A stretch of DNA of 64,000 bases from Savitreella phatthalungensis (lineage: Eukaryota). Position 1 is the stretch's first letter. Every line of letters starts with the position of its first letter. Made by a program: the position numbers and the translations under genes. The notes under the pieces are model-generated. The model did not search any database. It was not told where the DNA came from and saw nothing but the letters and a program-made list of their open reading frames with translations. Shown here piece by piece: positions 1 through 11,505 of this stretch. Where the stretch lies: assembly GCA_051599415.1 (NCBI GenBank), contig AP039701.1:186001-250000 (forward strand), read 5' to 3'.

Positions 1-345
1 TTGACCACTTGCTACTCAAAGGGATGTGGTTTCCTTTGACTAACAAGGCCTATTGTCCTCGAGATCCTCTTTCAACTCTCTTGGTTTGTGCTTATGTGTG
101 GCACAGACCCGCGTGATGAGGCTTGACTCTTTGACGAAACCAATCCTCGTGCACGTGCTCCTTCGTGTACTCTGCAAGCGGATGCAGGGGAACTTTGGAT
201 GAAAAAGGGAGGATAATCGAATGGGGGAAGACGGGTGAAAGAGGAAAGGGAAAAGGGAGGAAAAGAGAGAGTGAAAAAGGGAAAAGCGGGAGAGGGCGGA
301 AGGATGGAACGAAAATCAGGATTTGATGGGCGCGGGGCATCCTCT

Positions 346-354
346 CTTTATATA
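346..354 (-). promoter_or_regulatory. Possible TATA box for a leftward transcript leaving the window
   Basis: Minus-strand TATATAAAG followed by a pyrimidine-rich leader (about 200-310). Confidence 0.3.
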
Positions 355-1146
355 CTGCTCACATGAAAAATTTTCTTTTCGCAATAATGGCTTGTCAGGA
401 GTTCAACAGATCTAGCAATCTGAGTCGGGCCATAGTTTGAAAGGCCACGTCATGGAAACCAAAATACTCTCACTGCTTCCAGCCGGTGTGAATCTCCTGA
501 TGAAATTCTGGACACGCAAATGAAAATCATTGGCTAATGATCATCCCTCCGCCGCTGAGATAGCAAGTTTGTTCCTTCACAGATACGCGTTCTGGTTTAT
601 CAGTATGCTCACCCATACAGATTGATTTGCTGCTTGTCTGCCAGCCACAGATTGAAGATTTGCGCATGTGGTCGATTTCGTGCGCGCTTATCCGAATCGC
701 TTTGTATATCATTTGACCGATCTGAGCTAAGCTGGGACAGGCAGGAAGACGCGATAAATTCAGTTTGATAAGATACACGCGTTCTGATCGTGCCTCTGGA
801 CGCGTGATCGTCGACGTGCACGAGGATGTATGCATGGTAGAGGATGGTATCTGGACGGGTGTGGGATGGAAGCGATTGCAATCTTCACGCTGCACGCGGG
901 CGTTTCAGTCTTACCCACACGATCACAGTCACGCCCAAACAGTAAAAGACGAGGCAATGCAGCGTCATGCTTTTGTATAGGAGGATAGCATCTTTTTTCT
1001 TTTTCAAAGCTCCCGAGTGTCTTGCACTTGCTCGGTTGAGCTAGGCCTGATTATGGTACATCGTACGTGACGTGAAGGTGACGTGGCTTAGAATCGCATG
1101 ACTGACTTTTCTCTTCCATGTGAGCCTGAACGGTCTAGGTCATCGC

Positions 1147-3663
1147 CTAGCTGACTTCTGCACCTTCTGCCTCAATCTCTGGTTCTGCACCATCACCATT
1201 GACAATTGGCACCTTCTTCGAGGCTGCGACTGGCTCGGGCTGAGTTGCGCCCTTGACCTCGCCCTCGACGTCGATCAGATTCTCTGCTGCAGGAGCCTGG
1301 AGACGGTGTGCGAGACGTTCGCGGTTATTCTTCTTGAGGTCTGTTCGCCATAGGTCGAGAACACCGTCAATCCGCTTTGGTACGTAGGTTCGTGCGAATA
1401 GTCCGGCTTCCGGGAATCGCTGGGTCTTGACGAGTGAGTCAAGACATGCATCTGCATCGCCAAGGGACAGGTTCGACACGAACGCGATGTTGTGCTGACC
1501 GGCATCGTCTGAGAGCTTGGCGAGCTGCTTGAGACCGTCCGTGCTGCCTGTGGATGAATGAAGGAGGAGCAATGAGCCGAGATCCTTTGCCTCTGTGTAT
1601 GACTCTTCTGCGAGTGCAAAGTTCCAGGCAGCAAGGGCGGCATCGCCGAGCGCCCGCCACTTGATGTCTGATGACGCCGTCTTGGCGATTTCGTGAGCTT
1701 TATCAAGTAGTTCAAGCGACAATGCCAACTCGAACTTGTGCTCGACATCCGGCGTCACATCGAGTGCCATCTCTCGCAGACCTTGACCCTCGAGGAATCT
1801 GGCGACCTTGCTGCGCTGATCTGCCGGGATTGTCTCGAGAATTGTAGCTGCCTCATCGTAGTCGCCTCTGATGATCATCGTCTGGTATTCGATCACTGTC
1901 AGAGCTAGTGCGTACGAAGAGATGTTGAGATCCTTGTCTGCAAGGTAGATGCGACCGTCGCGTGGAATGTAACCAAGCAGGTACATGCCGCTGTCGAAGT
2001 GGCTGACTGGGTAAGTCTGGTCACCAACGAGGTAGTTGAGGCGGTTGCCCTTGTTGGTGTAGATGAAGCAGTCGCCAACCCAGCGGCCTGTGGCGACGCC
2101 TTCACCGATCGTTGCGATCACGTCGAACGCCTCCTCGACACCAGACTCGTCCTCGTCCTCGAAGCCATTCTCGACTGCCGTATCAAATGCAGCTCTGTCG
2201 AAGCGAAGCACGTAGAAAGCATCATCTGTAATGATGGCCATCAGATCACCAGCCTCTGACCAAGCGATGGACGTGGTACCACCAACATCGATCCTGCGGA
2301 CGAGTCGACCTGTGGCCCAGTCGTATAGGCTCACCCAGTCACTGCCACGCACACCGAGCAATTGACCGCCGAAGATGGTGTCTGTGACGAAGGTGGGTTC
2401 CACCAATCCCGGCCGTTCCTTGAATTGTTTGAAGACCTTGATAGCGCCGGATGATTCACGAATGGCGTACTCATTCGAGTCGATGGACCAGGCAAAGTCT
2501 GTGGCGGCGCCGAATGAGCGATTGCGCCAGGCGAGCGCTGTGTAGATCGTGTATTCGCCATCACCGCAGACGGCGACGAAGCGTCCATTGGGGGAGTGCT
2601 CGAGTGCCGTTGGGTAGACTTCTGTCGAGCCGAGATCCTTGCTCTGCAGTGTCAGCCGCTCGCCGTCCTTTGCATCCGAGTTGGCCTTCAGCACAGCAGA
2701 CTGCACCTCGTTTCCGCGTGCCCAGATGACTTTGCCCTGATTGTCCATCGAGATGGCAGGCTGCTCGCGACCCATCTTGATCACGACGCTGCCCTCATCG
2801 AAACCCATGCACAGCTCATTCCTGCCCCTGATAGCACTGCAGCACCACGCGCGCTCAAGGCCATAAGATAGGGTGGTCTCGAGTCTGTATGTTCCGCTGT
2901 TCCAGACCTTGACTGTGCCGTCCTCTGACCCTGAAATGATCACAGGGATCTCAGGGTGGAAGATGGCGAAGGAGACGTTGGATGTATGACCCTCGAGCAC
3001 CTGTACGCATGCCTTCGTCTGGTAGTCCCAGATCTTGACAAGCTTGTCGTCGCCGGTGGTGATCATGTATGGCTTGTCGCTGCCTGGATAGTAGTCGACG
3101 AAATTGACGCCCTTCTCGTGTGCATCGAGCGTAAAGTTTGGTCGTGCGGATCCGAGTGACCACGTCTTGACCGTCTTGTCGAGACAGGATGAAGCGAATG
3201 TGTTGGTGTCCTTTGGATTGATCGCAATAGACATGATGTAGTGAGCATGGCCCTCATAGGTACGCTGAAGCTTCCAGTTGTTGTCAAAGTCCCACAGTCT
3301 GACTGTCATGTCGTCTGATCCAGAGAGGACAAGAGGCAGTGTCGGGTGAACGCACAGGCATCGAATGTAGTCTGGGTGAGCCTCGAACTGCTTTATCTTC
3401 TCCCCTGTGTTGAAATTGTAGCACCGGAGCATGAAATCGTCACTACCACAGACGAACCACGACTTGCGAGCAATGAACTTGCATGCTCGGATCGGAACAT
3501 CTGTGACTTCGAATGTCTTGATGATTGTGGATGTTTGGTAGTTGTATAGCGATACCTGTCCATTATACATCGATGTGATGAGCCATGGTTCTGTCGGATG
3601 AAAATCGATTGCCTTGACGCGATCACTCCGAGCCAGATGTGTCCGCTTGATGTCGAGCTTCAT
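1147..3663 (-). CDS. SEC27: Coatomer subunit beta' (COPB2)
   Basis: 838-aa intronless ORF; N-terminal 'RSDRVKAIDFHPTEPW', WD40 repeats ('EAHPDYIR', 'GHTSNVSFA'), 'HSPNGRFVAVCGDGEY' and a C-terminal solenoid typical of beta'-COP. Confidence 0.97.
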   Translation of the reverse strand: MKLDIKRTHLARSDRVKAIDFHPTEPWLITSMYNGQVSLYNYQTSTIIKTFEVTDVPIRACKFIARKSWFVCGSDDFMLRCYNFNTGEKIKQFEAHPDYIRCLCVHPTLPLVLSGSDDMTVRLWDFDNNWKLQRTYEGHAHYIMSIAINPKDTNTFASSCLDKTVKTWSLGSARPNFTLDAHEKGVNFVDYYPGSDKPYMITTGDDKLVKIWDYQTKACVQVLEGHTSNVSFAIFHPEIPVIISGSEDGTVKVWNSGTYRLETTLSYGLERAWCCSAIRGRNELCMGFDEGSVVIKMGREQPAISMDNQGKVIWARGNEVQSAVLKANSDAKDGERLTLQSKDLGSTEVYPTALEHSPNGRFVAVCGDGEYTIYTALAWRNRSFGAATDFAWSIDSNEYAIRESSGAIKVFKQFKERPGLVEPTFVTDTIFGGQLLGVRGSDWVSLYDWATGRLVRRIDVGGTTSIAWSEAGDLMAIITDDAFYVLRFDRAAFDTAVENGFEDEDESGVEEAFDVIATIGEGVATGRWVGDCFIYTNKGNRLNYLVGDQTYPVSHFDSGMYLLGYIPRDGRIYLADKDLNISSYALALTVIEYQTMIIRGDYDEAATILETIPADQRSKVARFLEGQGLREMALDVTPDVEHKFELALSLELLDKAHEIAKTASSDIKWRALGDAALAAWNFALAEESYTEAKDLGSLLLLHSSTGSTDGLKQLAKLSDDAGQHNIAFVSNLSLGDADACLDSLVKTQRFPEAGLFARTYVPKRIDGVLDLWRTDLKKNNRERLAHRLQAPAAENLIDVEGEVKGATQPEPVAASKKVPIVNGDGAEPEIEAEGAEVS

Positions 3664-4320
3664 GACGAAAACAGGACGCAGCGTCTATGCAAACACCAGC
3701 TAGCGGGTAAGACGAGGAATAGAGCCTCTCTGATGAACTTGATGATCCGTTATGAGCCTTGGAGCTAAATTCGACTCTGTGCTTCTGAGCCAGAGGTGAT
3801 GTGTTCAGTGTTGACCTTATCGAGTCGTTTGAACGCGATTGTCCCGTGTTCTGCTATGCAGTAGTGTGAAGTATGGGTACTATGCAGTGCTCCACGTCGC
3901 CTTGCCGTACTTTCGAAACGGGTACCAATACAGTACAGCGAAGCAGAGCACAGCACAGCACAGCACACTCTGTATATGATGAATTGAAACACCCGGGTGT
4001 TCTACAAATTCGAAATTCCTTCCTGGACACCACCATAATTCCATAAATATCAATGCAACATACTGCCATGCATTCAGGTCATCATCACACATCAAGTGAG
4101 AACGTACAGTCTATGCAGTATGTTCGGGGCTCATCATTGTGACAATCGTCATTCGCGTTCATGCACACTCGATACGGCTGCGGGCTGACCTGCACAGTCG
4201 CAAGTATTAGTATAAGCGTACTGCTGACTGCTCCATGTCGTCTTCCGATTGACTGATTAACTTGTATTTGAACATGGCATTTCTGTCTATAGTGCATCCG
4301 ATTGTATCGTGTGCCATTAC

Positions 4321-5425
4321 CTAGATCAGGTCACGCCTGGTGAACTCGTCCAACATGAATGCGCCGAGCTTGGCTGGTGAGTCTGAGACGATGACGCCGG
4401 CTGCGCGAAGAGCCTCCTGCTTGCCCTTGGCTGTTCCCGTGCCACCGGAAGTGATGGCTCCTGCGTGTCCCATACGACGGCCAGGAGGTGCTGTGACACC
4501 GGCGATGAAGCTGACAACGGGCTTCGTTGTACCGCTGGCCTTGATCAATGCAGCTGCGTCCTCTTCTGCAGATCCACCCTAGAGAGAAGTTAGTTTTCAG
4601 GCTCCAATCGGTCAGACGCGCGGAAGATCTTACGATTTCACCGATGAGAATGATTCCCTCCGTCTCGGCATCGTTGAGGAACAGGTTCAATGCGTCGATA
4701 AAGTTGGTGCCGGAGAAAGGGTCGCCGCCGATACCAATCACGAGAGATTGTCCAAGTCCGACGTTGGTGGTCTGGTTGACAGCCTCGTATGTCAGCGTGC
4801 CTACACGAGTCAGTACACTTTTCTTTCATGATGGCGCGAGTTTTGTCGCGGGCAGCATACCTGAGCGAGAAACAATGCCGATCTTGCCGCGCTTGTGGAT
4901 GTGAGATGGCATGATGCCAATCTTGCACTGGTCGGGTGCAATGATGCCGGGGCAGTTAGGTCCGACGAGTCTAGTCTTTGTCTGCGTCTTGAGAGCCTGT
5001 GTGACGCGGACCATGTCGTGCTGGGGAATGCCCTCAGTGATGCAGACGACGAGGGGAACTTCTGCCTCAATCGCCTCGAGCACAGCGCCTGCAGCCACAG
5101 GCGGTGGCACAAAGATTGCAGACGCATCCGCCTTTGTCTTGTCCATGGCATCGCGAATTGTAGCGAAGACTGGGAGGCCGAGGTGTTCCTGACCTGCCTT
5201 TTTTGGGTTCGTTCCGCCTACGACCTTTGTACCGTACTCGAGCGCCTGCTGTGCATGGAACGTTCCCTGCTTTCCCGTGAAGCCCTGGTAAAGCACCTTT
5301 GTATTGCCATTGATGCGAAGGTTGTTGAGGGTTTGAGAGTATGGCGAAGCCTCCTTTGCTGCGGCTGCGGAGCGAGTGGTGGAGAACGACCTGCCCGCGA
5401 GTTTTGTTGCAGCACTGCGCATCAT
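4321..5425 (-). CDS. LSC1: Succinyl-CoA ligase alpha subunit, mitochondrial (3 exons: 5425-4861, 4800-4634, 4578-4321)
   Basis: [28 protein letters not shown] and RRMGHAGA motifs. Introns 4801-4860 (GTATGC..CTGAC..TAG) and 4579-4633 (GTAAGA..CTAAC..TAG) restore SRSG|TLTYE and GEI|GGSAEE. Confidence 0.96.
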
Positions 5426-5715
5426 CTTGGAAGTGCAAAGATGAGAGAATCAGATGGCGATAGTGCTGTTATTTGCCTGTCTTCGGGTCAGGGAAAGACT
5501 CAAGGAGGATCAAAAGGGTTAGTGTCGTTGACGGAGAGTCGCAGAGAATTCCGAATCACAGTGTCGGAGTGATGGAGAGATGGAAAGGCAGATGATTGTG
5601 GATGAGATGGGATGGGATGGGATGCGTGGATGGGTGGGCCCGGGAGGATAGATTCAGTGCATATGCGTGCGTGAATTGGAACGGGTGCTGTACTGTACGT
5701 GGGTTTTCCTGTCTG

Positions 5716-5765
5716 TGGGTGAGTGGTTGATTGAGTGAGTGGGTGAGTGAGTGAGTGAGTGAGTT
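5716..5765. repeat. (TGAG)n / (CTCA)n simple repeat upstream of LSC1
   Basis: Directly visible gagtgagtgggtgagtgagtgagtgagtgag. Confidence 0.75.
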
Positions 5766-6585
5766 AAGAAAGTGCCTTGAGTGATTGAGTGGGTCAGTTA
5801 GCCAGATCATTAACAATTGTTTATCTGGTTTCACAGTCTGGAAGTACAGCGGAATAGAGAACTTAATCTGAATATAGTGGAGAGCTTTGATTGAATTTCC
5901 AACCTCCAGCCAATTCAATTCCAGATGCGTATTCCCTTGAGTCTCGCCAGTGGAGTGGATGCACAACAAAATTGTTCACCGTTGGCAGAACCAGAATTAG
6001 CCAGACCCAGCCAGACTGGACCAGGCTTACTACACACTTGAACTCCCGCTCGGTCTGTCTCTGGCCAGGTCGTCTTTCTCTTTCACCCGAACGACTTTAC
6101 TACCTCCGGCGCAGTGCGCTTTGGCCAGCTGAGACGGGCACAAGCTTGACATGAATTGGACACATTAAACTTTTTGGAGTTTGACTCTGGAGCAGTTCAC
6201 AGGTCGGTGCGTAGTTTTCTTCAAGCCAGACCGTGTAAATTGTCTGAATCGAGCAAGACACCTTACCCGTGCTTTGCCGGTAGCTTGCTCGAAGTACTGT
6301 ACGCATCAAGAACGAGCGCTGTATGCAATGGCAGCAAACATACCATCAAATCCTGTCAAATCCCGCTACTCCAGCGGAGAGAGTGCTCGACCACGCAGCA
6401 CAAGAGGTGAGTTGGCTTGGGTTCGGCTTTCGTGCGGTCAATTCTAGACGGACAAGTGGATTTCCGGATCTATTGCTCCCGCGCTCTTCTTGCTTCCTGA
6501 CACTCGGCTTATCGTTTATCTGTGCATACATGGACGCGATCATCAAATTTCTGATACATGTACTGATATTTACTTCGATATCACG

Positions 6586-6628
6586 ATCAATCAGTCAATC
6601 ATTCAATCAATCAATCATTCAATCAATC
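6586..6628. repeat. (TCAA)n imperfect tetranucleotide repeat
   Basis: atcaatcagtcaatcattcaatcaatcaatcattcaatcaatca. Confidence 0.75.
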
Positions 6629-6750
6629 ACGTAGAGTTTACCGCACCTGATTCTCGACTCACTACGACAAACTGCTTGAGAACAACCAAGACGGGTTAAT
6701 CTTCTTGTTATTGGCAGACAATTCTCTATACACATTGGCTGCACCTCAAC

Positions 6751-7160
6751 ATGAACAGAGCGAGGATTCCACGTGGACCAAGACCTGTGCCTGGAGTCAC
6801 TCCTCCAGCACCACAGCCAAATCTGCAGCGCAAGCTGGACAGACTTCAAGCAGTCAGGCCGCCGATTGATCCAAAGAAGTACAAGAAAGCGGAACGAAGG
6901 TGAATAGATCTTTCCTGTCGCTCGAACTACTGACTGACCTCTTCAGCGTTGTTGGACTCATCGTCGGCATTCCGTTCGTCATTGTCACAAGCTGGATTCT
7001 GTACAAACGAGGTACATTGCTTCTCTATTTGTTCCACTGTTTCAAGTACTGATAATGCATAGTGGTGCTTGGCGAAGAACAGAGAATAGCGCCGCAAGCT
7101 GCGTCAAAGTCAGTGACAGTGACTGACTCCATTGCCACGCCACAGTCGAAGCCCAGGTGA
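6751..7160 (+). CDS. Small single-TM protein, 103 aa (exons 6751-6899, 6947-7011, 7063-7160); not in ORF track
   Basis: Introns 6900-6946 (GTGAAT..CTGAC..CAG) and 7012-7062 (GTACAT..CTGAT..TAG) splice in frame to MNRARIPRGPRPV...YKKAERSVVGLIVGIPFVIVTSWILYKRVVLGEEQR...PQSKPR*. Confidence 0.8.
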
Positions 7161-7436
7161 TCTCAATGAGACGTTGTGGTTTGCGGTGGTACGAAGATTG
7201 GCCGCCCTTGGGTCCTGCATTCTGTTACTCATCATCTTCTGGTCGATAAATCTTTCCAATTTAGACAAGGCGCCACTCCAAATTTGTTCCAGGTCGAGAA
7301 AGGCATGTGCAATTTGGTCATGCATGATAATGACACACACGCACATGTACACGTACGCATGCACGCTATTACGCAACACCTCAGCAGATTACAATAGCAA
7401 GCAAAACCACAGCTACATGCAAGCGCCACCTACACC

Positions 7437-8369
7437 ATGGTCGCTATTCATGTCTCCTATAAGGGTCAATCACACCGATATGATCTGTCAAAGGCGGATG
7501 CGAGTGTCGATGCGCTCCGACGAACCATAGCTGAGAATTTGCGCCTCAATCCGGGCTTACAAAAGCTCATTATAAAGGGCAGATTGCTCACGGATGATGC
7601 TCAGCTTCTCACCGATGGCACCAAAGTCCTGCTCTTTGGCTCATCAGAGTCAGCTGTAGATGGGTTGCGCACTGAAGAAGCTCGACAGGCAGCTGTCGCG
7701 AAGCGTAGGGCGGCTGGCGCAAGCCTCGTACCGAAAGCGCGTCCCGTCAGCTCAAGACCTTCACAGGACGATATGAAATACACCTTTCTACGTATCTCTC
7801 CGCTTCCTCATCTGCCACAGGCAGACCGCTCCGATACATTTCTCAAAAAGCTGGCCGCAGATCCAAGTATTCGCAAGGTGATGCGTCGCCACAAGTACGT
7901 TGTCGGCCACCTGACTGAACTCGACCCACGCCTCTATACTTCCCATGATGGAAAAATACTGGGTCTCAATAAGAATGGCGGCCAGGAGATCTTGCTCAGG
8001 CTACGGACAGACTCGCTTGACGGATGGCGTGACTACAAAACCGTGCGCAAAACACTCATTCACGAGCTCTGCCACAACGAGCACGGCGAACACGACTCGA
8101 ACTTCTGGGCGCTCTTTCGTCTACTGAGTGGCGAAGTCGAAGTTGCAGAAGGTGGGCACACGGTGGCTCAGCAAGGCGATCTTGAACGATACATTCCTCA
8201 AGATTCTGCATTTGCGCCAGGCAATGTGGAAGCATCCAGCTGGTCGGGCGGAACTCGCAGACTCGGCGGCAATGTATCGAGCCAATCTGACAGCGATGTG
8301 TCAGATGCCCGCGAACGAGCAACACGAGCAGCCGAAGCACGCCGGTCCGAGCAGCAGCAGCAGCATTGA
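7437..8369 (+). CDS. Ubiquitin-like + WLM domain metalloprotease (Wss1/Wss2-like)
   Basis: N-terminal UBL-like 'LQKLIIKGRLL'; WLM motifs 'VGHLTELDP', 'ILGLNKNGGQEILLRLRTD'; HExxH 'HELCHNEHGEHD'. Confidence 0.92.
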   Translation: MVAIHVSYKGQSHRYDLSKADASVDALRRTIAENLRLNPGLQKLIIKGRLLTDDAQLLTDGTKVLLFGSSESAVDGLRTEEARQAAVAKRRAAGASLVPKARPVSSRPSQDDMKYTFLRISPLPHLPQADRSDTFLKKLAADPSIRKVMRRHKYVVGHLTELDPRLYTSHDGKILGLNKNGGQEILLRLRTDSLDGWRDYKTVRKTLIHELCHNEHGEHDSNFWALFRLLSGEVEVAEGGHTVAQQGDLERYIPQDSAFAPGNVEASSWSGGTRRLGGNVSSQSDSDVSDARERATRAAEARRSEQQQQH

Positions 8370-8509
8370 GAAAAGATCTGCAATACCGAGCAAGGATCGT
8401 GCATGTGTGAGCCTCCCGTGCTCGCGAAAGGTGTTCTATTATCAATCTAAGAGGCAAGCGCCTGCGCCTGCGCAAAGAGACATAAAGTATCACCCACTTG
8501 CAACTCAGC

Positions 8510-9646
8510 TCAGATCCACGCACTGGCTTGTGTTCTGCGTGGACGTGGAGACGAAACACCGCCCGAGAAATACTTGCGGCCGGGTGACAAGACGTCACCT
8601 GTGTACGAAGGCAGCGGCCATGAGATTCGACGCTTCAATTCTGTAGCGCCGCCAACGCCCGGGCGGCTTCTGCAAGCCTGGTATCCCCGATCAACGACTT
8701 CCGGGTCCGAGTGCGCACGCTGGCGGGCTGTGGATCCTCCTGTCACGTTCGGCGCCCATGGCACCGGCGTCCCTCTACCAGGCGCATGTGCCGTCTTTCT
8801 CTCCGAGCCACGACGGTATTGGAATCTTCCAAACAGGTCGTACGCGCGCGAACGGCTTTTGGGCCTGCCAATCATGTCCGAGGAAGCGACCCGCCGGGCG
8901 AATCGATTTGTAAGTGGAGCGACCCAATCTGCAGCTTCTGCTTCCTCATCGACAGCCGGCGCGCCAACGCTGGAAGTACCATTAGGACGTCCTTCACCGC
9001 TACTGGAGTCATCGTCCGTGTCGGAGAAACTGGATGCCAGAGAAGGTGTGAAGTCTCCAGAAAACGGAGGATGATTAATGCTCGACCGCTCTGCACTAGT
9101 GAGCGCGCTTCGCAACGATGACCAGGATGACTTGCGCTTCAGGAGGAAAAAGTTCGAAATCGTTTGCTTCGCTTGGACGATAAACCACCCTGGTCCGTGC
9201 TGTTCCTCCCTCGCAGTGGGCTGTATGTCCTGCTTGCTTGCTGGCTGCTCGGTGAGAGAAACATCGTGCCCTTGGTCGTATCCATTATGAGGACGATCTC
9301 CTGGTGGGGACTTCAGAGCATCGACTGCCGGATCGCAAGTCGAGAGTGCCTCGCCGAATGTAAGGCTCTCGGCGATTGTCACGGCTGCCATTGTTGTGTC
9401 GCGCGTGCTCGTGCGCGAACTCTCCTTGGAGTGGCAATTATCATCGAGGCTGTCGAACATGATGTCAGCGAACTCAAATCCGGCATGAATGCCGGCCGAG
9501 AACTCATGACGACTGTCAGCCACCATCACGATTTCGCCTGCTTGGCCGACCTGGCGCGTTCGAGTCCGGACACGCGTGCGCATATGCATGGACTCTTGCA
9601 GCCATGGTGGTCCGCCTTCTTCGAACATGGCTAACGGCATCGTCAT
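8510..9646 (-). CDS. Hypothetical protein, Ser/Arg/Pro-rich, probably disordered; 5' end uncertain
   Basis: 378-aa ATG ORF convergent with the WLM gene; no recognisable domain. Confidence 0.5.
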   Translation of the reverse strand: MTMPLAMFEEGGPPWLQESMHMRTRVRTRTRQVGQAGEIVMVADSRHEFSAGIHAGFEFADIMFDSLDDNCHSKESSRTSTRDTTMAAVTIAESLTFGEALSTCDPAVDALKSPPGDRPHNGYDQGHDVSLTEQPASKQDIQPTAREEQHGPGWFIVQAKQTISNFFLLKRKSSWSSLRSALTSAERSSINHPPFSGDFTPSLASSFSDTDDDSSSGEGRPNGTSSVGAPAVDEEAEAADWVAPLTNRFARRVASSDMIGRPKSRSRAYDLFGRFQYRRGSERKTAHAPGRGTPVPWAPNVTGGSTARQRAHSDPEVVDRGYQACRSRPGVGGATELKRRISWPLPSYTGDVLSPGRKYFSGGVSSPRPRRTQASAWI

Positions 9647-11505
9647 TGACGGAATTCAAGGACACCTGTAGGAAAGTGCTTAAGTCGGGTGTGCTCACCT
9701 CTATCGAAGAAATCGGCGACTGTCTGAATCAAGTCAGGATCGAGTGGTCCTTCACCTACTTCTATATGCCTGACCATTCCCCACCACATTGTTGGCGGAC
9801 GTGGGGACCTCAGTTGTCTGGTCTCGTCTCTGACACTCATGACCTCATGAACGTTCTCGTTCGCGCTCTTACCCATTTTCGCCTGCTTTTGCCCCAACCC
9901 GCATCCATTCAATCTGCGACCCGCAAGCCCTGCAAAAAACGCACGCGCTGCATTCTCACGGCTCTTCGAAAGTCCATCTTTCCCCTACTTCCGCGCCGCG
10001 GACTTGGATGGAACATCGAGAGTGTCGGCATGGCATCCACCGCACAACGTGGATCCAGTCGGTGTGGATAGCACGTCGGTATGCGTGTCCAAATATCGTA
10101 TCACTCCCTCTTGTCACATGTCCACAACACCTGATCAGGCCTACTCTCTATGGCGAAAAGGCATGAGGACGCGTGAAGCGTGCCACATCGCTCTCTTTCT
10201 GTATTCCAGATCAACTTGATGCTCAATCAATCTATCTACTTCCATTCCCTCAGCACGTTGACCCCCCCTGACTCCTGTCGACCCACCGCTCCCCGACTCC
10301 CATACTCTGTCGTCTGCAATGAGGTGGTCGATCTGCCTCGACCCAAGCTCTTCGAAATGCGTCTGCGCCTTAGTTCCCTAGCTCGCGAAGAACTGTGTCT
10401 TGATCACCCTCCGCCTTTCATCTTTCATATGTCCGATCTCTGCGATCTGAGCATGTGTCGTCGCTTATCGGGAGGCCTTTGGTCATCGATCGCCCCCCAT
10501 CTCCCGAAGTCCATGCATGCAGACCGGCCGTTTCCTGCAGTCTGGCCTTTGCTCAACTTCCTACCTCACCGTCAATGTGAAACGCCTGCTACATTCCCCG
10601 TGGTCACGCCCGTCGCCGCCACACCCGCACACTTCCGAACATTCTCGCACTACAAGAAGGGCTGTCCTCCCCTCTCACTCCGACAATACTCCATCACCCA
10701 GCCAAAACAACAGCGCTATCGACTCTGTCGATGAGATCTCATGGATTTGCATTGCTTATATCGGTGACGCTGGCGCATGCGTGTGCAGGGGCGACAGTGG
10801 AGATCGCCGCCTGCAGCAAAGTGGAAATACGCTGAGAGGGCGATCGTCGGTAAGGCGATGGTCTCCCAGAATTTTTTTTCACAAAAGGTCGTGTTGCCAG
10901 GCTGTCGGCAAGGTTCCTGTCATGAGCAGCATCGAGGCTCCAATGCCTGACATGCGAAACATTGAATCCATGACGTGAGACGCCGTGATTGCCGCGTGGA
11001 CTTAATCCACGACAATCTTCACCTGGCGTGAGCCCCTTCAGAGGTGATAGATACGACTGGGTTTTCAGTGCGCCACGTCGATCACCTCGGAAGATAGGCG
11101 AAGGTGTGCCCAGAAGATTGTCGTGGATGAAGTCCTCGCAGCAGGTCACGGTGATTGGTCATCGCCAGGTCATGGATTCTATGTTTCGCCTGCCGGGCGT
11201 CGGAGCTCAGGTGCTGCTCATGACAGGAACCTTGCCAATGGCCTGGCAACACGACCTATGTCAGTAAGTTATGTGCGACCTTCCCCTTCCCTACGATAGT
11301 CTACTGTGACCACGACACCATACAGTGGCGAAGGTGTACTTGGTGTGATAGTGTTACGTATGAATGATAGCGCATCTGCCAACATCAAGGGAGCAATCAG
11401 AGGTTACGCAGGACCACAGAGAGAAACAAAAAAGGTCATCTAGAATTGTGTGGCGAGCTAAAGTGCTTGGCACGTGATAGTATACAGAGGTTTAGGAGAA
11501 AGCAA

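Noticed and set aside
5890..6550. Possible snRNA (Sm-like AACTTTTTGG near 6168) or a spliced small gene
   Set aside because: No recognisable U1/U2/U4/U5/U6 conserved sequence, and trial splicing gave no plausible protein; an Infernal search would settle it
10180..11267. Several 90-184 aa ORFs between the orphan gene and GT2-A
   Set aside because: No motifs, several have non-ATG starts, and they overlap in different frames; treated as non-coding
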